Source: Myxococcales bacterium (lineage in GTDB: Bacteria; UBA10199; 2-02-FULL-44-16; JAAZCA01). Taken from it: 64,000 bases of DNA. Position 1 is the first letter of the stretch; every line of letters starts with the position of its first letter. The translations under genes and the position numbers were made by a program. Positions 10,402 through 20,814 of the stretch are shown here, piece by piece. The notes beneath the pieces were generated by a model, which was given only the letters and a program-made list of their open reading frames with translations, was not told where the DNA came from and made no database searches. The stretch lies in the NCBI GenBank assembly GCA_012513515.1, contig JAAZCA010000036.1, forward strand, positions 9,045-73,044. The letters run 5' to 3'.

Positions 10402-11292
10402 TTAAATGACGTCTGGAGGGTGTTTAGCGTGTTTTGTGCATTCTTCCGGATCGCTGTGGACCATGAGTCTAGAGTTGGGTATCTTAGCGCGTATTTCGGA
10501 TATTATAATTTCTGTCAGATCGTGTGCTTCACGAAATGAAAGTTCATTTTCAAGCTCCAGATGGAACTCTATGAATTTCTCTCCGCCGACCCATCTCGTA
10601 CGAAGATTGTGGTAACCTTTGGCCATCGGCCTGTGGGCGCGGATTGTCTCTCCGATCAAATCTAGAAATTCCCTGGGAAGCGTTCTGTCCATCAACTGGG
10701 ATATGGCGCTATGTCCTATTCTCGCTGCGGATATTATTATGTAGAGCGATATGAGTATCGATATTATCGGATCGGCATTTTTTACGTGCCACCATTTTTC
10801 AAGCCCCAGCGCAACTATGACTCCGGAGTTGGTCCATATATCCGATGTGAAATTGAGCGCCGATGCCTCGAATGCCGTGGAATTGAATATTCTCCCGGCT
10901 TTTTTCATGCTGGCTGAAAGAAAGATGCTGAATATAACCGAGGCCAGCATGATCCCCAGCGCCAAGCCTTCTTCTTTGAGTGAATAGCCGAGCGCGATTC
11001 TCCTCAAGGCCTGATAGACGAGAAAGCTGGCGGAGACCATTATGAGAACTGCTTGCACGAGCCCGGCTATCGCTTCAGCCTTCGCATGTCCGAATGGATG
11101 ATTTTCATCGGCCGGCTTTTCAGATGCCGATACCGCAAAAGCGGTTATCGACGATGAGAATACGTCCATCAGCGAGTCGAGTGCGCTGGCAAGGACGCTG
11201 ATGGACATGGTGGCGAAGCCTATTGCCCCCTTCACGATTGCGAGAAACAAAGGGATGACTATGGCGACAAGAGCTGTTCTTTTTTTCTGCAT
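10402..11292 (-). CDS. Cation diffusion facilitator transporter (FieF-like)
   Basis: ALDSLMD, HPFGHAKAE, ~6 TM helices, C-terminal EAHD...VHSDP domain. Confidence 0.9.
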   Translation of the reverse strand: MQKKRTALVAIVIPLFLAIVKGAIGFATMSISVLASALDSLMDVFSSSITAFAVSASEKPADENHPFGHAKAEAIAGLVQAVLIMVSASFLVYQALRRIALGYSLKEEGLALGIMLASVIFSIFLSASMKKAGRIFNSTAFEASALNFTSDIWTNSGVIVALGLEKWWHVKNADPIISILISLYIIISAARIGHSAISQLMDRTLPREFLDLIGETIRAHRPMAKGYHNLRTRWVGGEKFIEFHLELENELSFREAHDLTEIIISEIRAKIPNSRLMVHSDPEECTKHAKHPPDVI

Positions 11293-11313
11293 CGTCTAAG
11301 CCCATCCCCTCTT

Positions 11314-11955
11314 TCAGCGCAGCGAAGCTATTGATTTTGCATAGTCGTTGGATTCGAAGATGGCCGACCCCGCTACTATTATGTCCGCGCCAGCGCTAAG
11401 AACCCTGTTAACCGTGTTGGAATTTACTCCGCCGTCAACTTCGACTGGTATTGATGCCCCCATCTCTTTCAGCCGTTTTTTGATGATGGAGATTTTTTCC
11501 ACCGAATCGTATATCATTTTCTGCCCGCCAAAGCCCGGGTTTACGGTCATTATAAGCACGAAGTCGGCGAGTTCGAGATATGGAAAAATCTTTTCGACAG
11601 GAGTAGGAGGGTTGATTACGATACCCGCCTTGCATTCCAGTTTTCTTATGTCCGGGAGAAGGTTTCGCAAATCTGAAGTTTCGACGTGAACCGATATCCA
11701 GTCAGCCCCTGCCTTTGCAAAGGCCGCTATGTATTTTTCGGGTTCTTCTATCATAAGATGGCAATCCAACGGAAGCCTTGTCGTCTTGCGTATTCCCTTC
11801 ACCACCAGAGGGCCTATCGTTATATTTGGGACGAAGTGACCATCCATGACGTCAATATGTATGACATCAGCCCCGGCGCGTTCGACCGCTGAAATTTCTT
11901 CGCCTAGCTTTGCAAAATCGGCTGAAAGTATAGAGGGTGCAATCATGGTTTTCAT
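11314..11955 (-). CDS. rpe: Ribulose-phosphate 3-epimerase
   Basis: IAPSILSADF, HIDVMDGHFVPN, MTVNPGFGGQ, VDGG; start placed at the ATG overlapping the fmt stop. Confidence 0.95.
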   Translation of the reverse strand: MKTMIAPSILSADFAKLGEEISAVERAGADVIHIDVMDGHFVPNITIGPLVVKGIRKTTRLPLDCHLMIEEPEKYIAAFAKAGADWISVHVETSDLRNLLPDIRKLECKAGIVINPPTPVEKIFPYLELADFVLIMTVNPGFGGQKMIYDSVEKISIIKKRLKEMGASIPVEVDGGVNSNTVNRVLSAGADIIVAGSAIFESNDYAKSIASLR

Positions 11956-12878
11956 TTTAAGATAGTTCCTTTCTTGACTTTGTAGCCGCGTAAAAAATCC
12001 TGAGCCGGCATCTTCTTTTTTCCCTCGAGCTGTACCTCGATGAGATATAAAACTCCGCTTCCGCATTTGACTGCGAGAGCTCCGTCCGTTTCGATTATCT
12101 CTCCGGGCGCTGCGTCGAAATCCAGATCCGTAAGGGCGGCTTCATGAATGCGAAGTGATTTGCCTCCCAGATGTGTAAATGCCCCCGGCCAGGGCTTGAA
12201 CCCCCTTACCCTGTTGTATATATCTTTGGCGCGCATCGACCAGTCTATCAGTCCGTCTTCCTTTCTGATCATTGGCGCATATGTTGCCTTGGTATGGTCT
12301 TGATTGCGCGGTCTTATCCTGCCGGACTCTATCTGGGATATCGTTTCAACGAGGAGGTTAGATCCCATCTGCGCCAGCCTGTCGTGAAGCATCGGTGCGT
12401 CTTCGACGTCGTCGATGTCGGTTTTGCAGGACAACAGTATTTCACCGGCATCCATCTCTTCGTTGATCCTCATTGTTGTGACGCCAGTCTCAGTTTCACC
12501 GTTGATTATAGCCCAGTTTATCGGGGCAGCTCCCCTGTATTTGGGCAGCAATGAAGAGTGCACATTAACGCATCCGAATTTGGGTATCTCGATGAGCTCG
12601 ATCGGCAGAATTTTGCCGTACGCAACTATCGCGATAAGATCCGGCGCTCTTTCTTTAAAGTGTGAAATAACCTCGGGCTTCTTTACGCTCTTTGGCTGAT
12701 AGAGTTGAAGATTCATCTTCCGCGCCTTCGCTGCTATCGGACATGGGGTTATCTCTCGCCCACGGCCTGCTGGTTTATCAGGCTGGGTGACAACCTCTGC
12801 GATCTCATGTTCGGCCTCGGCGAGCGCCATAAGTGAAGGAACCGCGAATGCCGCAGAGCCCATGAAGATGATTTTCAT
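11952..12878 (-). CDS. fmt: Methionyl-tRNA formyltransferase
   Basis: KIIFMGS, TQPDKPAGRG, NVHSSLLPKYRGAAPI. Confidence 0.96.
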   Translation of the reverse strand: MKIIFMGSAAFAVPSLMALAEAEHEIAEVVTQPDKPAGRGREITPCPIAAKARKMNLQLYQPKSVKKPEVISHFKERAPDLIAIVAYGKILPIELIEIPKFGCVNVHSSLLPKYRGAAPINWAIINGETETGVTTMRINEEMDAGEILLSCKTDIDDVEDAPMLHDRLAQMGSNLLVETISQIESGRIRPRNQDHTKATYAPMIRKEDGLIDWSMRAKDIYNRVRGFKPWPGAFTHLGGKSLRIHEAALTDLDFDAAPGEIIETDGALAVKCGSGVLYLIEVQLEGKKKMPAQDFLRGYKVKKGTILK

Positions 12879-13397
12879 CTAGAATGAAATCCCTTCCTTT
12901 TTCTTCTTTTCGATTTTTTTCAGGTACATATCCTGTTTGAGTCCGCTGGCGCAATCGATGATGAGCTTGCCGTCTAAATGGTCTATCTCATGCTGTACTG
13001 CGATGGAGAGAAGCTCTTTGCAATCGAGTGTCTTTCTTATGCCGTTTTCATCGAGATATCGAAGGGTAACCCGGGCGCTTCTCTTCATCTTTATCCTGAA
13101 ATCGGGGACGGAGAGGCATCCCTCTTCCCATTCGATCTGACCCTCTCTGTCGGTTATTTCCGGATTTACAATTTTCAGAACGCCGTATTTTTTTTCGGAC
13201 GCCTCCGAATCTATGTCTATCACGATAACCCTGAGGCTTACCGCTACCTGAGGGGCGGCCAGACCGACTCCCCCATCGGCGTACATGGTCTCGACCATGT
13301 CAGCTAGGAGGGTACGGATTTCATCATCAACCTCTAAAACCGGTTTGGCAACCTTGCGCAGGATTGGATTAGGGTGTGTTATGATTTTTCGTATCAT
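12879..13397 (-). CDS. def: Peptide deformylase
   Basis: GVGLAAPQV, EGCLSVP, QHEIDHLDG; start at MIRKIITHP. Confidence 0.96.
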   Translation of the reverse strand: MIRKIITHPNPILRKVAKPVLEVDDEIRTLLADMVETMYADGGVGLAAPQVAVSLRVIVIDIDSEASEKKYGVLKIVNPEITDREGQIEWEEGCLSVPDFRIKMKRSARVTLRYLDENGIRKTLDCKELLSIAVQHEIDHLDGKLIIDCASGLKQDMYLKKIEKKKKEGISF

Positions 13398-13436
13398 GGC
13401 GATAGCTATACATAAATCGCCCACTGCGGGCAAGTG

Positions 13437-13745
13437 TTAGAGCCGGCCCGGCTGGTTTCCCATTCCTCGTAATGATCTTCTTTTGATATAAAAAATACTC
13501 CGCGATCCATTGTGTACTGTATAAATATTATGGACAGGGCTACCGCTGCGGTTGAGTTTACCTTTATGAATTTCTTGCAGCAAAATCCGATGCTGCAGGT
13601 CTTTAGCATCAGGTGAGTTGAAGGAAACAGCGCGATGACTTCGGGAGAGAGCGTCTAGCGCGTCTTCATCATGAACATAATCCCCCATTTTGATTGGTGG
13701 GCTTTTATGGCTGTAGGTCGAAATCTGATCGATCTGTTTGAACAC
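13437..13745 (-). CDS. Hypothetical protein (102 aa)
   Basis: Fills the gap between priA and def on the same strand; preceded by a candidate sigma28-like promoter; no recognisable motif. Confidence 0.35.
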   Translation of the reverse strand: MFKQIDQISTYSHKSPPIKMGDYVHDEDALDALSRSHRAVSFNSPDAKDLQHRILLQEIHKGKLNRSGSPVHNIYTVHNGSRSIFYIKRRSLRGMGNQPGRL

Positions 13746-13856
13746 CGGATAACAAAGAGCCCTTCAACACTATTGCTGAAGGGCCCAAAAAGGGGGGGCA
13801 GTCAAATTTTTAACCTCTACATCTTTCAGCCCATGCAAACGCTGCTTCCACAGTAA

Positions 13857-13884
13857 TTATCGGTTGCGCGGATGCCCAAGTTGC
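13857..13884 (-). promoter_or_regulatory. Candidate sigma28(FliA/WhiG)-like promoter
   Basis: Minus strand GCAACTT-N14-CCGATAA; same spacing as the site at 56354-56381. Confidence 0.45.
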
Positions 13885-13955
13885 TTTGGGTGAAAAAAAA
13901 GTGCGCAGTCGCGTATATTTTTGCGCCTGACAAAAAGATCAATAATATTAGATAG

Positions 13956-16019
13956 TTATAAAAGATTGAGGGGGTCTACATCTATGCCGAACCGGACGTT
14001 TCCGGGCAGTGAGCTCTCAATTTTCGGTCGCGCGTTTTTCAGCAATGAGGAAAGGGCTGATGCAGATGGCGCTTTTAAGAGCATCTGCCAGCGATATCGT
14101 CCCCGCAGCTTTTCTATGATGGCGGGGGCGGGCCCGAGCAGTTTGATTCCGCTTTCAGAACGGCTTTCCAGAAGCATCTTCTTTATTATCTCCGCGGCAG
14201 TCTCGGCGGCCATCCGGGCCTTCTTTTTTTCGGTGGAAGATATTCTTATGTTCGCCAGACGCGTGAAAGGGGGATAGCCGCTCTCAATTCTCTGGGCGAT
14301 CTCGGCTTCGGCGAATGATGCGCAGTCGTGATTCTTTGCGGAAACCAGGCTCAGGTGCGATGGCTGTCTTGTTTGGATTATTACCCTGCCGGGGCGATTT
14401 CTTCTTCCCGCGCGGCCGGCGACCTGCGTGAGAAGCTGGAATGTTCTCTCGGCGGACCGAAAATCTGGTATAGACAAGGAAAGGTCGGCAGAGATTACGC
14501 CCACGAGAGTCACATCGGGGAAATCGTGCCCCTTCGTGATCATCTGTGTTCCTATGAGTACGTCGATTTTTCCGCTACGCATGTCATTCAAGATTTTTCT
14601 TCGCGTCGATGAGCGCATCACCGTGTCGCTGTCCAGCCTGGCTACTTTTGCTGAAGGGAAAAAATCCGTTATCTCCGCCTCTATGCGCTCCGTTCCGAAG
14701 CCTATAGGTGATATCTGGTCGGACCCGCATACGGAGCAGGTGTTTGGGGCGTCTATGCTATAGCCGCAGTAATGGCAATTTAATTTTTCCTTTTTTCCTG
14801 AATTTCCGTGAAGCGCCAGTGATATGTCGCAGTTAGGGCATTTGATCACTTCGCCGCAGCCTGCGCACTGTATGAGGCTTGCGAAACCCCGTCTTCCGAC
14901 AAAGAGCATTGTCTGCTCTCCGGAGTTCAATGTCTTTTCTATTGCGTCATAGAGCTCTGGGGAGAGGGCGCAGAGTTCGCGCTTCTTGCGATTCCCTTCA
15001 CTTTTGTTGCGATCTTCTCTTTTCTGTTTAGCTCTCATGTCGACGATGGTGATCTCTGGGAGTCTGGAGAAGTTTGCACGGCTATTCATCTCGAGTTTGG
15101 AATACTTTCCCGCCTTTACATTATAGAGGCTTTCCAAGGATGGCGTGGCGCTTCCCAGTATCGCCACAGCCCCTTCCAGCTTTGCGCGCATAACTGCTGC
15201 GTCGCGCGCGTTGTATTGAAAGCCGTCGTCCTGTTTGAATGATGGGTCGTGCTCCTCGTCGACGACTATCACTCCGAGTCTTTCAAGGGGAGCGAAGAGC
15301 GCTGAACGAGTTCCGATGACGACCTTGGCTTTTCCGTCTCTTATGCGCAGCCACTGCTCGTGCCTTTGTGCGTCGGTGAGCCCGGAATGGTACACGGCAA
15401 CATCATCCTTGAATTTTGCGACGGCTCTGGAAGTCAACTGCGGAGTCAACCCTATTTCCGGGACCAGCAGGAGAGCGGTCCTCCCTTTAGAGACCATCTC
15501 TCCAAAGATTTCCAAATAGACCTCTGTCTTGCCGCTTCCTGTTATTCCGTGAAGGAGGAATACCCTAGATTCCCCATCAGAAGATGATCTTATTATCTCG
15601 GCAGAGGCGGCCGCCTGCTCACGATTTAGCGTGGAGATGCCGCCCTCGGGCCTTATCTCATGTGGGGAGGAGGCGCGTGTCGTCTTCGGCGAATTGCTTT
15701 TGAGCATCCTGGATGGAAGTGCGCATCTCACTACTTCCCCTATCGGAGCGCAGTAGTATGAAGACATCCATTCTGCGAGTTTGAGCATAGCCGTCGAAAA
15801 TGACGGTTTCTGATCCAGTACGGATGATATTTTTTTGATCTTGGCAGGGGGAATGCCGGGGGTTGGGTCGTCCGATGTAGCAAAGCAAAGCCCTATCCTT
15901 TTTTTTCCTCTGAATTCGACCTCGACTCTCATTCCAGGGGAGATATTTTGAGCGTCGTCGAAGGAGTAGGTGAATAGCTTGAAGACCGGCGATTGTATGG
16001 CTATGTCCGCGTATTTCAT
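13956..16019 (-). CDS. priA: Primosomal protein N' (replication-restart helicase)
   Basis: GITGSGKTEVY, DEEH, SATPS, four CxxC pairs, GTQMITKGHDFP, DVDP. Confidence 0.96.
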   Translation of the reverse strand: MKYADIAIQSPVFKLFTYSFDDAQNISPGMRVEVEFRGKKRIGLCFATSDDPTPGIPPAKIKKISSVLDQKPSFSTAMLKLAEWMSSYYCAPIGEVVRCALPSRMLKSNSPKTTRASSPHEIRPEGGISTLNREQAAASAEIIRSSSDGESRVFLLHGITGSGKTEVYLEIFGEMVSKGRTALLLVPEIGLTPQLTSRAVAKFKDDVAVYHSGLTDAQRHEQWLRIRDGKAKVVIGTRSALFAPLERLGVIVVDEEHDPSFKQDDGFQYNARDAAVMRAKLEGAVAILGSATPSLESLYNVKAGKYSKLEMNSRANFSRLPEITIVDMRAKQKREDRNKSEGNRKKRELCALSPELYDAIEKTLNSGEQTMLFVGRRGFASLIQCAGCGEVIKCPNCDISLALHGNSGKKEKLNCHYCGYSIDAPNTCSVCGSDQISPIGFGTERIEAEITDFFPSAKVARLDSDTVMRSSTRRKILNDMRSGKIDVLIGTQMITKGHDFPDVTLVGVISADLSLSIPDFRSAERTFQLLTQVAGRAGRRNRPGRVIIQTRQPSHLSLVSAKNHDCASFAEAEIAQRIESGYPPFTRLANIRISSTEKKKARMAAETAAEIIKKMLLESRSESGIKLLGPAPAIIEKLRGRYRWQMLLKAPSASALSSLLKNARPKIESSLPGNVRFGIDVDPLNLL

Positions 16020-16111
16020 CGCTATACCGGTCTATATCATCGCCGGATTGTTCGCAAGGGCTTGATATCGTCGTGCCTGGCGTGTAGGTTAATTGCACGA
16101 AAGGGGGTTTT

Positions 16112-16780
16112 ATGGGATCCAGGAAAAAGGTGGCTGTGATTTTAGCAGGTTGTGGCAGGCTCGATGGCACTGAAATAAGCGAGGCGGTGTGTACGCTGCT
16201 TTCGATAGACCTCCTGGGGGCTGAAGCCGTATGTGCTGCGCCTCGAGGTGAATTTGAAGTGATACACCCCATTTCAGATAATCCCATGGGCGAGAAGAGG
16301 GAAATGCTTTTGGAAAGCGCTAGGATATCTAGGGGAAAAATTTCTGACATTGAAGCTCTAAATCCGGAAAAGATCGATGCAGCTGTGATTCCAGGGGGAA
16401 GAGGGATCGGCATCAACCTCTGTAATCTGAATGTAAAAGGCGCCTCCTGCGATATGAATCCCGGGTTTCAGAAGTTTTTGACGGAGATGCACAAAATGGG
16501 CAAACCTCTTTGCGGAATATGCCTTGGCACGGTAATTCTTGCGAGATCGCTGCATTTGATGGGAATAACAGCCGGGATAACTACAGGCGGAAAGGGTTTT
16601 TTTGCCAAGATGGTGGAATCCATGGGTCATACCCATATAGAGTGCAGCCCAAGTTCATGCGTATCCGATGACAAGTCGAGGATCGTGACCACCCCTGCAT
16701 TCATGAACGCTTCTTCGTTGTCCGAGACGTGGCTCGGAATCCAGAAAGCTGTTTCAGCGCTGATGGAGTTTGCACGGTGA
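16112..16780 (+). CDS. elbB: ElbB/ES1 family (DJ-1/PfpI superfamily) protein
   Basis: KVAVILAGCGRLDGTEISE, ESARISRG, IPGG, IVTTPAFM. Confidence 0.88.
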   Translation: MGSRKKVAVILAGCGRLDGTEISEAVCTLLSIDLLGAEAVCAAPRGEFEVIHPISDNPMGEKREMLLESARISRGKISDIEALNPEKIDAAVIPGGRGIGINLCNLNVKGASCDMNPGFQKFLTEMHKMGKPLCGICLGTVILARSLHLMGITAGITTGGKGFFAKMVESMGHTHIECSPSSCVSDDKSRIVTTPAFMNASSLSETWLGIQKAVSALMEFAR

Positions 16781-17202
16781 AAATCAAGATTATCAGCATT
16801 GGCAAGATCAAATCGAAGCCGGTTACCGAATTGGTCTCGGATTATTTTTCGAGGTTAAAACATTACCATAATGCAAGTTTGAATTCTTTCAGGGACGATT
16901 TCTATGCGCTCGGCGAGATATCATCATCGGATTATCTGGTAGTCATGGATGAGCATGGGAAAAAATTAAGCTCCGTCGGTCTCGCCGAATTTATCGAGTC
17001 GAGGGCGAATGCATCCACAAAAAACCTCTGCTTTTTCATAGGAGGTCCGGATGGAGTTTCCGATGAGGTGAAGTTCAGGGCAAATTTAATCCTCTCCCTT
17101 TCCGATATGACTTTTCCACATGAACTTGCGCAGGCTATGCTTCTCGAGCAGCTCTATCGTGCAAGTTCGATAAACCGGAATGAACCTTATCATAGAACTT
17201 GA
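16777..17202 (+). CDS. rlmH: 23S rRNA pseudouridine-1915 N3-methyltransferase
   Basis: KIKIISIGKIK, FFIGGPDG, SLSDMTFPHEL, EQLYRA...PYHR; GTG start overlapping the elbB stop. Confidence 0.93.
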   Translation: MKIKIISIGKIKSKPVTELVSDYFSRLKHYHNASLNSFRDDFYALGEISSSDYLVVMDEHGKKLSSVGLAEFIESRANASTKNLCFFIGGPDGVSDEVKFRANLILSLSDMTFPHELAQAMLLEQLYRASSINRNEPYHRT

Positions 17203-18934
17203 GGCATCAGAGAATATGGATTCACTTCGCATATCGGAAATTTTTCACGAGATGGCGGTTTTCTCTGAATTGCTGGAGGAGAGCCCGTTCAAGTCGCGCG
17301 CATACGAAAAGGCCGCCAGGATAATAGAAAACCTTGGCGACGAGATATTGGAGATCGCTCAAAGGGGCGAGCTCACGAAAGTAGATGGAATAGGCGAAAA
17401 GATCGCTTCCAAAATAAAAGAAATTATAGAGACAGGAGAGCTGGAGAGCCGCAATAAGATGCTCTTGTCGATTCCCGATGGAGTCCTTGAGATGCTAAAG
17501 ATCCCCAGTTTGGGACCTAAACGGGTGAGGGGCCTTTGGAAGGATTACGGCATATCCTCGGTCGCATCTCTCAAGCTCGTCTGCGATCGACACGGCCTTG
17601 CAAAGATACCAGGATACGGGGCAAAAATGGAGCGCAATATCCTCGCAGGAATTGCGATGCTCAGGAAAAATGCGGGCAAGTGGCTTCTTTCAGAGGCGTG
17701 GGAGTTTGCATCCGATATAGCCAAGTCGATAGGTTCTTGGGATGAGGTCGAATCGGTAAAAGTGGCCGGAAGCCTGAGGAGGCGCAAGGAACTCGTGAAA
17801 GATGTCGATCTCGTCGTAGCAACGCAAAATCCTAAAGCGGTGATGAAAAAATTTGTTTCACTTCCTTTCGTCGAAAGAGTTATACAGCATGGCGATACTA
17901 AATCTGAGGTGATCCTCGATTCAGGAATTCAGTGTGATCTCAGGGCTGTTTCTCCTTCGGAGTATCCTTTTGCGCTTCATCACTTCACTGGTTCTAAGGA
18001 ACACAACTTAAAAATGAGATCCATTGCCAAAGATTCTGGCATGAAACTGAATGAGTACGGAATTTTCAAGGGCAGCTCAAAGAAGGCTCTTCCGTGCAAG
18101 GACGAGGCTGAGATATTTAAAACGCTGAGCCTTGATTATATACCTCCAGAACTGAGAGAAGACATGGGGGAAATAGAGGCCGCTTCCCACGGCGCGCTTC
18201 CAAAACTGATAGAGGAGGACGACCTGAAAGGGGTCCTGCATGTTCACAGCAACTATTCCGACGGCGTAAATTCTATATCCGAACTGAAATATGAAAGCGA
18301 AAGGCTAGGGTATGAATATCTACTGATCTGTGATCACAGCAAATCCCTTGCCATAGCCAATGGCATGGATGAAAAAGATGTTGTCAGGCAGCACCAGGAA
18401 ATAGACAGGCTCAATATGGGGAAGGGTGGATGCAGAGTTTTAAAAGGGATCGAGGCAGATATTCTCGGTGATGGCTCGGTTGATTTCGATGGAGATATGT
18501 TATCTGCGTTCGACATCGTCATCGCTTCGGTGCACAGCAAATTCAAGATGGATAAAACTGAAATGACGGATCGAATAATAAGGGCGATAGAAAATCCCGA
18601 CGTCGATATCATAGGGCATCCTAGCGGAAGACTTCTACTATCGAGGGAGCCGTATCAAATAGATACCAGGAAAATAATAGACGCAGCATCCGCTAACGGA
18701 AAGGCGATTGAAATAAATAGCCACCCGCAGAGGTTGGATCTCGACTGGAGATGGATTATGTATGCGCGAAAAAAGAAGGTTAAGCTTGCGATAGGTGTAG
18801 ATGCCCATGACACTTTCGGTCTTTCTCTCGCCAAGTACGGCATATGGATTGCCAGGAAGGGGTGGCTTGAGAAGGATGACGTCATCAACTCGATGGCCAT
18901 AAAGGACTTTTTGAAACGGTATTCAATAAAATAG
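17180..18934 (+). CDS. polX: DNA polymerase X with PHP 3'-5' exonuclease domain
   Basis: HhH motifs, AGSLRR..KDVDL, HFTGSKEHN, PPELRE, PHP LHVHSNYSDG. Confidence 0.94.
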   Translation: MNLIIELEASENMDSLRISEIFHEMAVFSELLEESPFKSRAYEKAARIIENLGDEILEIAQRGELTKVDGIGEKIASKIKEIIETGELESRNKMLLSIPDGVLEMLKIPSLGPKRVRGLWKDYGISSVASLKLVCDRHGLAKIPGYGAKMERNILAGIAMLRKNAGKWLLSEAWEFASDIAKSIGSWDEVESVKVAGSLRRRKELVKDVDLVVATQNPKAVMKKFVSLPFVERVIQHGDTKSEVILDSGIQCDLRAVSPSEYPFALHHFTGSKEHNLKMRSIAKDSGMKLNEYGIFKGSSKKALPCKDEAEIFKTLSLDYIPPELREDMGEIEAASHGALPKLIEEDDLKGVLHVHSNYSDGVNSISELKYESERLGYEYLLICDHSKSLAIANGMDEKDVVRQHQEIDRLNMGKGGCRVLKGIEADILGDGSVDFDGDMLSAFDIVIASVHSKFKMDKTEMTDRIIRAIENPDVDIIGHPSGRLLLSREPYQIDTRKIIDAASANGKAIEINSHPQRLDLDWRWIMYARKKKVKLAIGVDAHDTFGLSLAKYGIWIARKGWLEKDDVINSMAIKDFLKRYSIK

Positions 18935-18944
18935 ACGAGTCTTC

Positions 18945-18973
18945 TTGACAGGATATGCTGCCGGCTATAGCTT
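18945..18973 (+). promoter_or_regulatory. Sigma70-type promoter upstream of ferredoxin
   Basis: TTGACA-17 nt-TAGCTT; AGGAGG RBS downstream. Confidence 0.6.
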
Positions 18974-19000
18974 CACGCGATATTTTTTGAAGGAGGATCG

Positions 19001-19240
19001 ATGGCAAATCGTGACGGTAAATTTTTTGAAAATTCAAAGGGGTGTTACTACGTCGATTCACAATGTATAGGCTGCAATATGTGCGTTGAAACGGCGTCCG
19101 GAAATTTCATCATGCATGAAAGCGGCAGCTATGCTTATGTAAATAAACAGCCAACCAGCGCCGAGGAAGAAAAACTTTGTGCGGAGGCTGTGAGATCATG
19201 CCCGGTCGAAGCTATAGGAGATGATGGCGAAGGATATTGA
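19001..19240 (+). CDS. Ferredoxin (single-cluster type)
   Basis: CIGCNMC ... SCPVEAI; strong RBS. Confidence 0.9.
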   Translation: MANRDGKFFENSKGCYYVDSQCIGCNMCVETASGNFIMHESGSYAYVNKQPTSAEEEKLCAEAVRSCPVEAIGDDGEGY

Positions 19241-19288
19241 AAGGGTGTCGGCTTGGCGGTATTTGAAATATCGTTCTTATTCTTATTC

Positions 19289-20110
19289 TTATTTTTTACG
19301 TTTCGTTCTTTTGTATTTGGGAAGATTTATCCCCTTCATAAAGAAGGGGCTTGGCTCTGCGATTTCAAGCGCCGGTTTTTTTGATGCCGGAATTGAAAGG
19401 GTCGTCTCATTTTTTGGCTCTATAGCGAATTTTCTGAGCATTTCCAGAAAAGACGGTTCGTTTTGAATTTTAAAAAAGTCATCGCTGACGAATATCCACT
19501 CTGATGTCTTTTCAGGATCGATCTCATATGCTCTCTGGAGATTTCTCACCGCTTCATCTACGTTTCCGAGTGCGGCGTTGTAAGCGGCCGCGTGTTCAGC
19601 CGCGGCGAAATCTCCAAACGTCGCCGCCTGCTCGACCTTTTCGAATATTTTCGATGCTTTTTTGAGATCCCCTGATGCTGCGAAAAGAGCTGCTTCGAGA
19701 AGTTTACACTGATCTTTTTGCATTCCCTTTGCTACCCTGCTGGCCTTGGTGTAATTTTTTTTTGCCTCGCTTAAAAATTTATCGCTGCTTACGCCCTCAG
19801 CGAGCAGAAAAAGATAGAGATTGTGATATGCAGTTGCTGCCCTGCGATAAGCGTTATATGCGTTGGACTTGGAAGGTTTTTCCGAAGCCTCCATGTACAG
19901 AACCTTGGATATTTCACCTTGAATGTATTTGACCTTCATTCCCTGGGGCGATTCTGCAAGTTTGACGGAGGCCCCCTGAAGATCGCCTGCAGCTATCAGT
20001 TCTATCGTTTCCTGCGAAATTGTGTGCTGGTTTTTTCCTTCAGCCGACGCATCGCCAACAGATATGCAGGCGATGATTATAAAGATGGGCAAAGATATCC
20101 TTTTGATCAT
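19289..20110 (-). CDS. Exported TPR-like hypothetical protein
   Basis: Signal peptide, Ala-rich helical repeats (AAYNAALGNVDEAVRNLQRAYEIDP). Confidence 0.65.
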   Translation of the reverse strand: MIKRISLPIFIIIACISVGDASAEGKNQHTISQETIELIAAGDLQGASVKLAESPQGMKVKYIQGEISKVLYMEASEKPSKSNAYNAYRRAATAYHNLYLFLLAEGVSSDKFLSEAKKNYTKASRVAKGMQKDQCKLLEAALFAASGDLKKASKIFEKVEQAATFGDFAAAEHAAAYNAALGNVDEAVRNLQRAYEIDPEKTSEWIFVSDDFFKIQNEPSFLEMLRKFAIEPKNETTLSIPASKKPALEIAEPSPFFMKGINLPKYKRTKRKK

Positions 20111-20113
20111 TCG

Positions 20114-20782
20114 CTACTCCGATGAAATTGCGAAGGCCGAGTAATCGCAGCCGGATGGTTTGTGCACTGCGTTTCCGTCCGTCAATATGGCTATCCCGGA
20201 AGGTTTTTTGTTCGGAGGTGACCCAAAAAGTTTTTTGTAATCCTCTATGACATCCACCTTTTCGGTTTTCCACGAGTTTGTCTTTTTCAGACCGCTTTCC
20301 AAAACCTTTATTTTAAGTTTTCCATCTCTTCTCGTGACGGTTTTCCCGATAGGCAGCTCGGTGCTCCATACGTACTTTATGGCGTTTCCGGTGTATTGTC
20401 CGAATATGACGTAGACGCCGCAAGCACTGTCGTTTGTGGCGTCATTCGATTCATTGGCGCCATCCGGCAATTTTGTGGGACGCCAATTCCATGAAAGTTT
20501 CGGGTAAGTCTCAGTCTTCCAGTTGAAATTCAAAAATATTTGCTGCGATAGATCGGATGAGTCGTAAGCTCTAATATATCTGACCCCATCCTCTTCGGCG
20601 ATTTTATAGACCTGGGCCGCCTTGGATCTCTGAAGCGGCCAGGTTCTCCATCTCTTCGGGATGTTGCCTGGAGCGGTTCCGGAAAAATCATCCAGCAGTA
20701 TCGACCTCCCCTGCGAGTTAATCGTCCCTTCAATCGCAAAAATTGCCACGGCAACCAAAATAATGACTGTCAGTTTTTTCAT
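20114..20782 (-). CDS. DUF3047-family exported protein
   Basis: YPKLSWNW, DSACGVYVIF, IKYVWS, WKTEKVDVIEDY, IAILTDGN pattern. Confidence 0.75.
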   Translation of the reverse strand: MKKLTVIILVAVAIFAIEGTINSQGRSILLDDFSGTAPGNIPKRWRTWPLQRSKAAQVYKIAEEDGVRYIRAYDSSDLSQQIFLNFNWKTETYPKLSWNWRPTKLPDGANESNDATNDSACGVYVIFGQYTGNAIKYVWSTELPIGKTVTRRDGKLKIKVLESGLKKTNSWKTEKVDVIEDYKKLFGSPPNKKPSGIAILTDGNAVHKPSGCDYSAFAISSE

Positions 20783-20814
20783 GGTGCGGATATTCCGCTA
20801 TTGGGGCACGTCTG

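Noticed and set aside
17180-18934. Inactive PolX variant
   Set aside because: Catalytic DxD (KDVD), the third Asp (CDLR) and the PHP metal ligands all appear intact.
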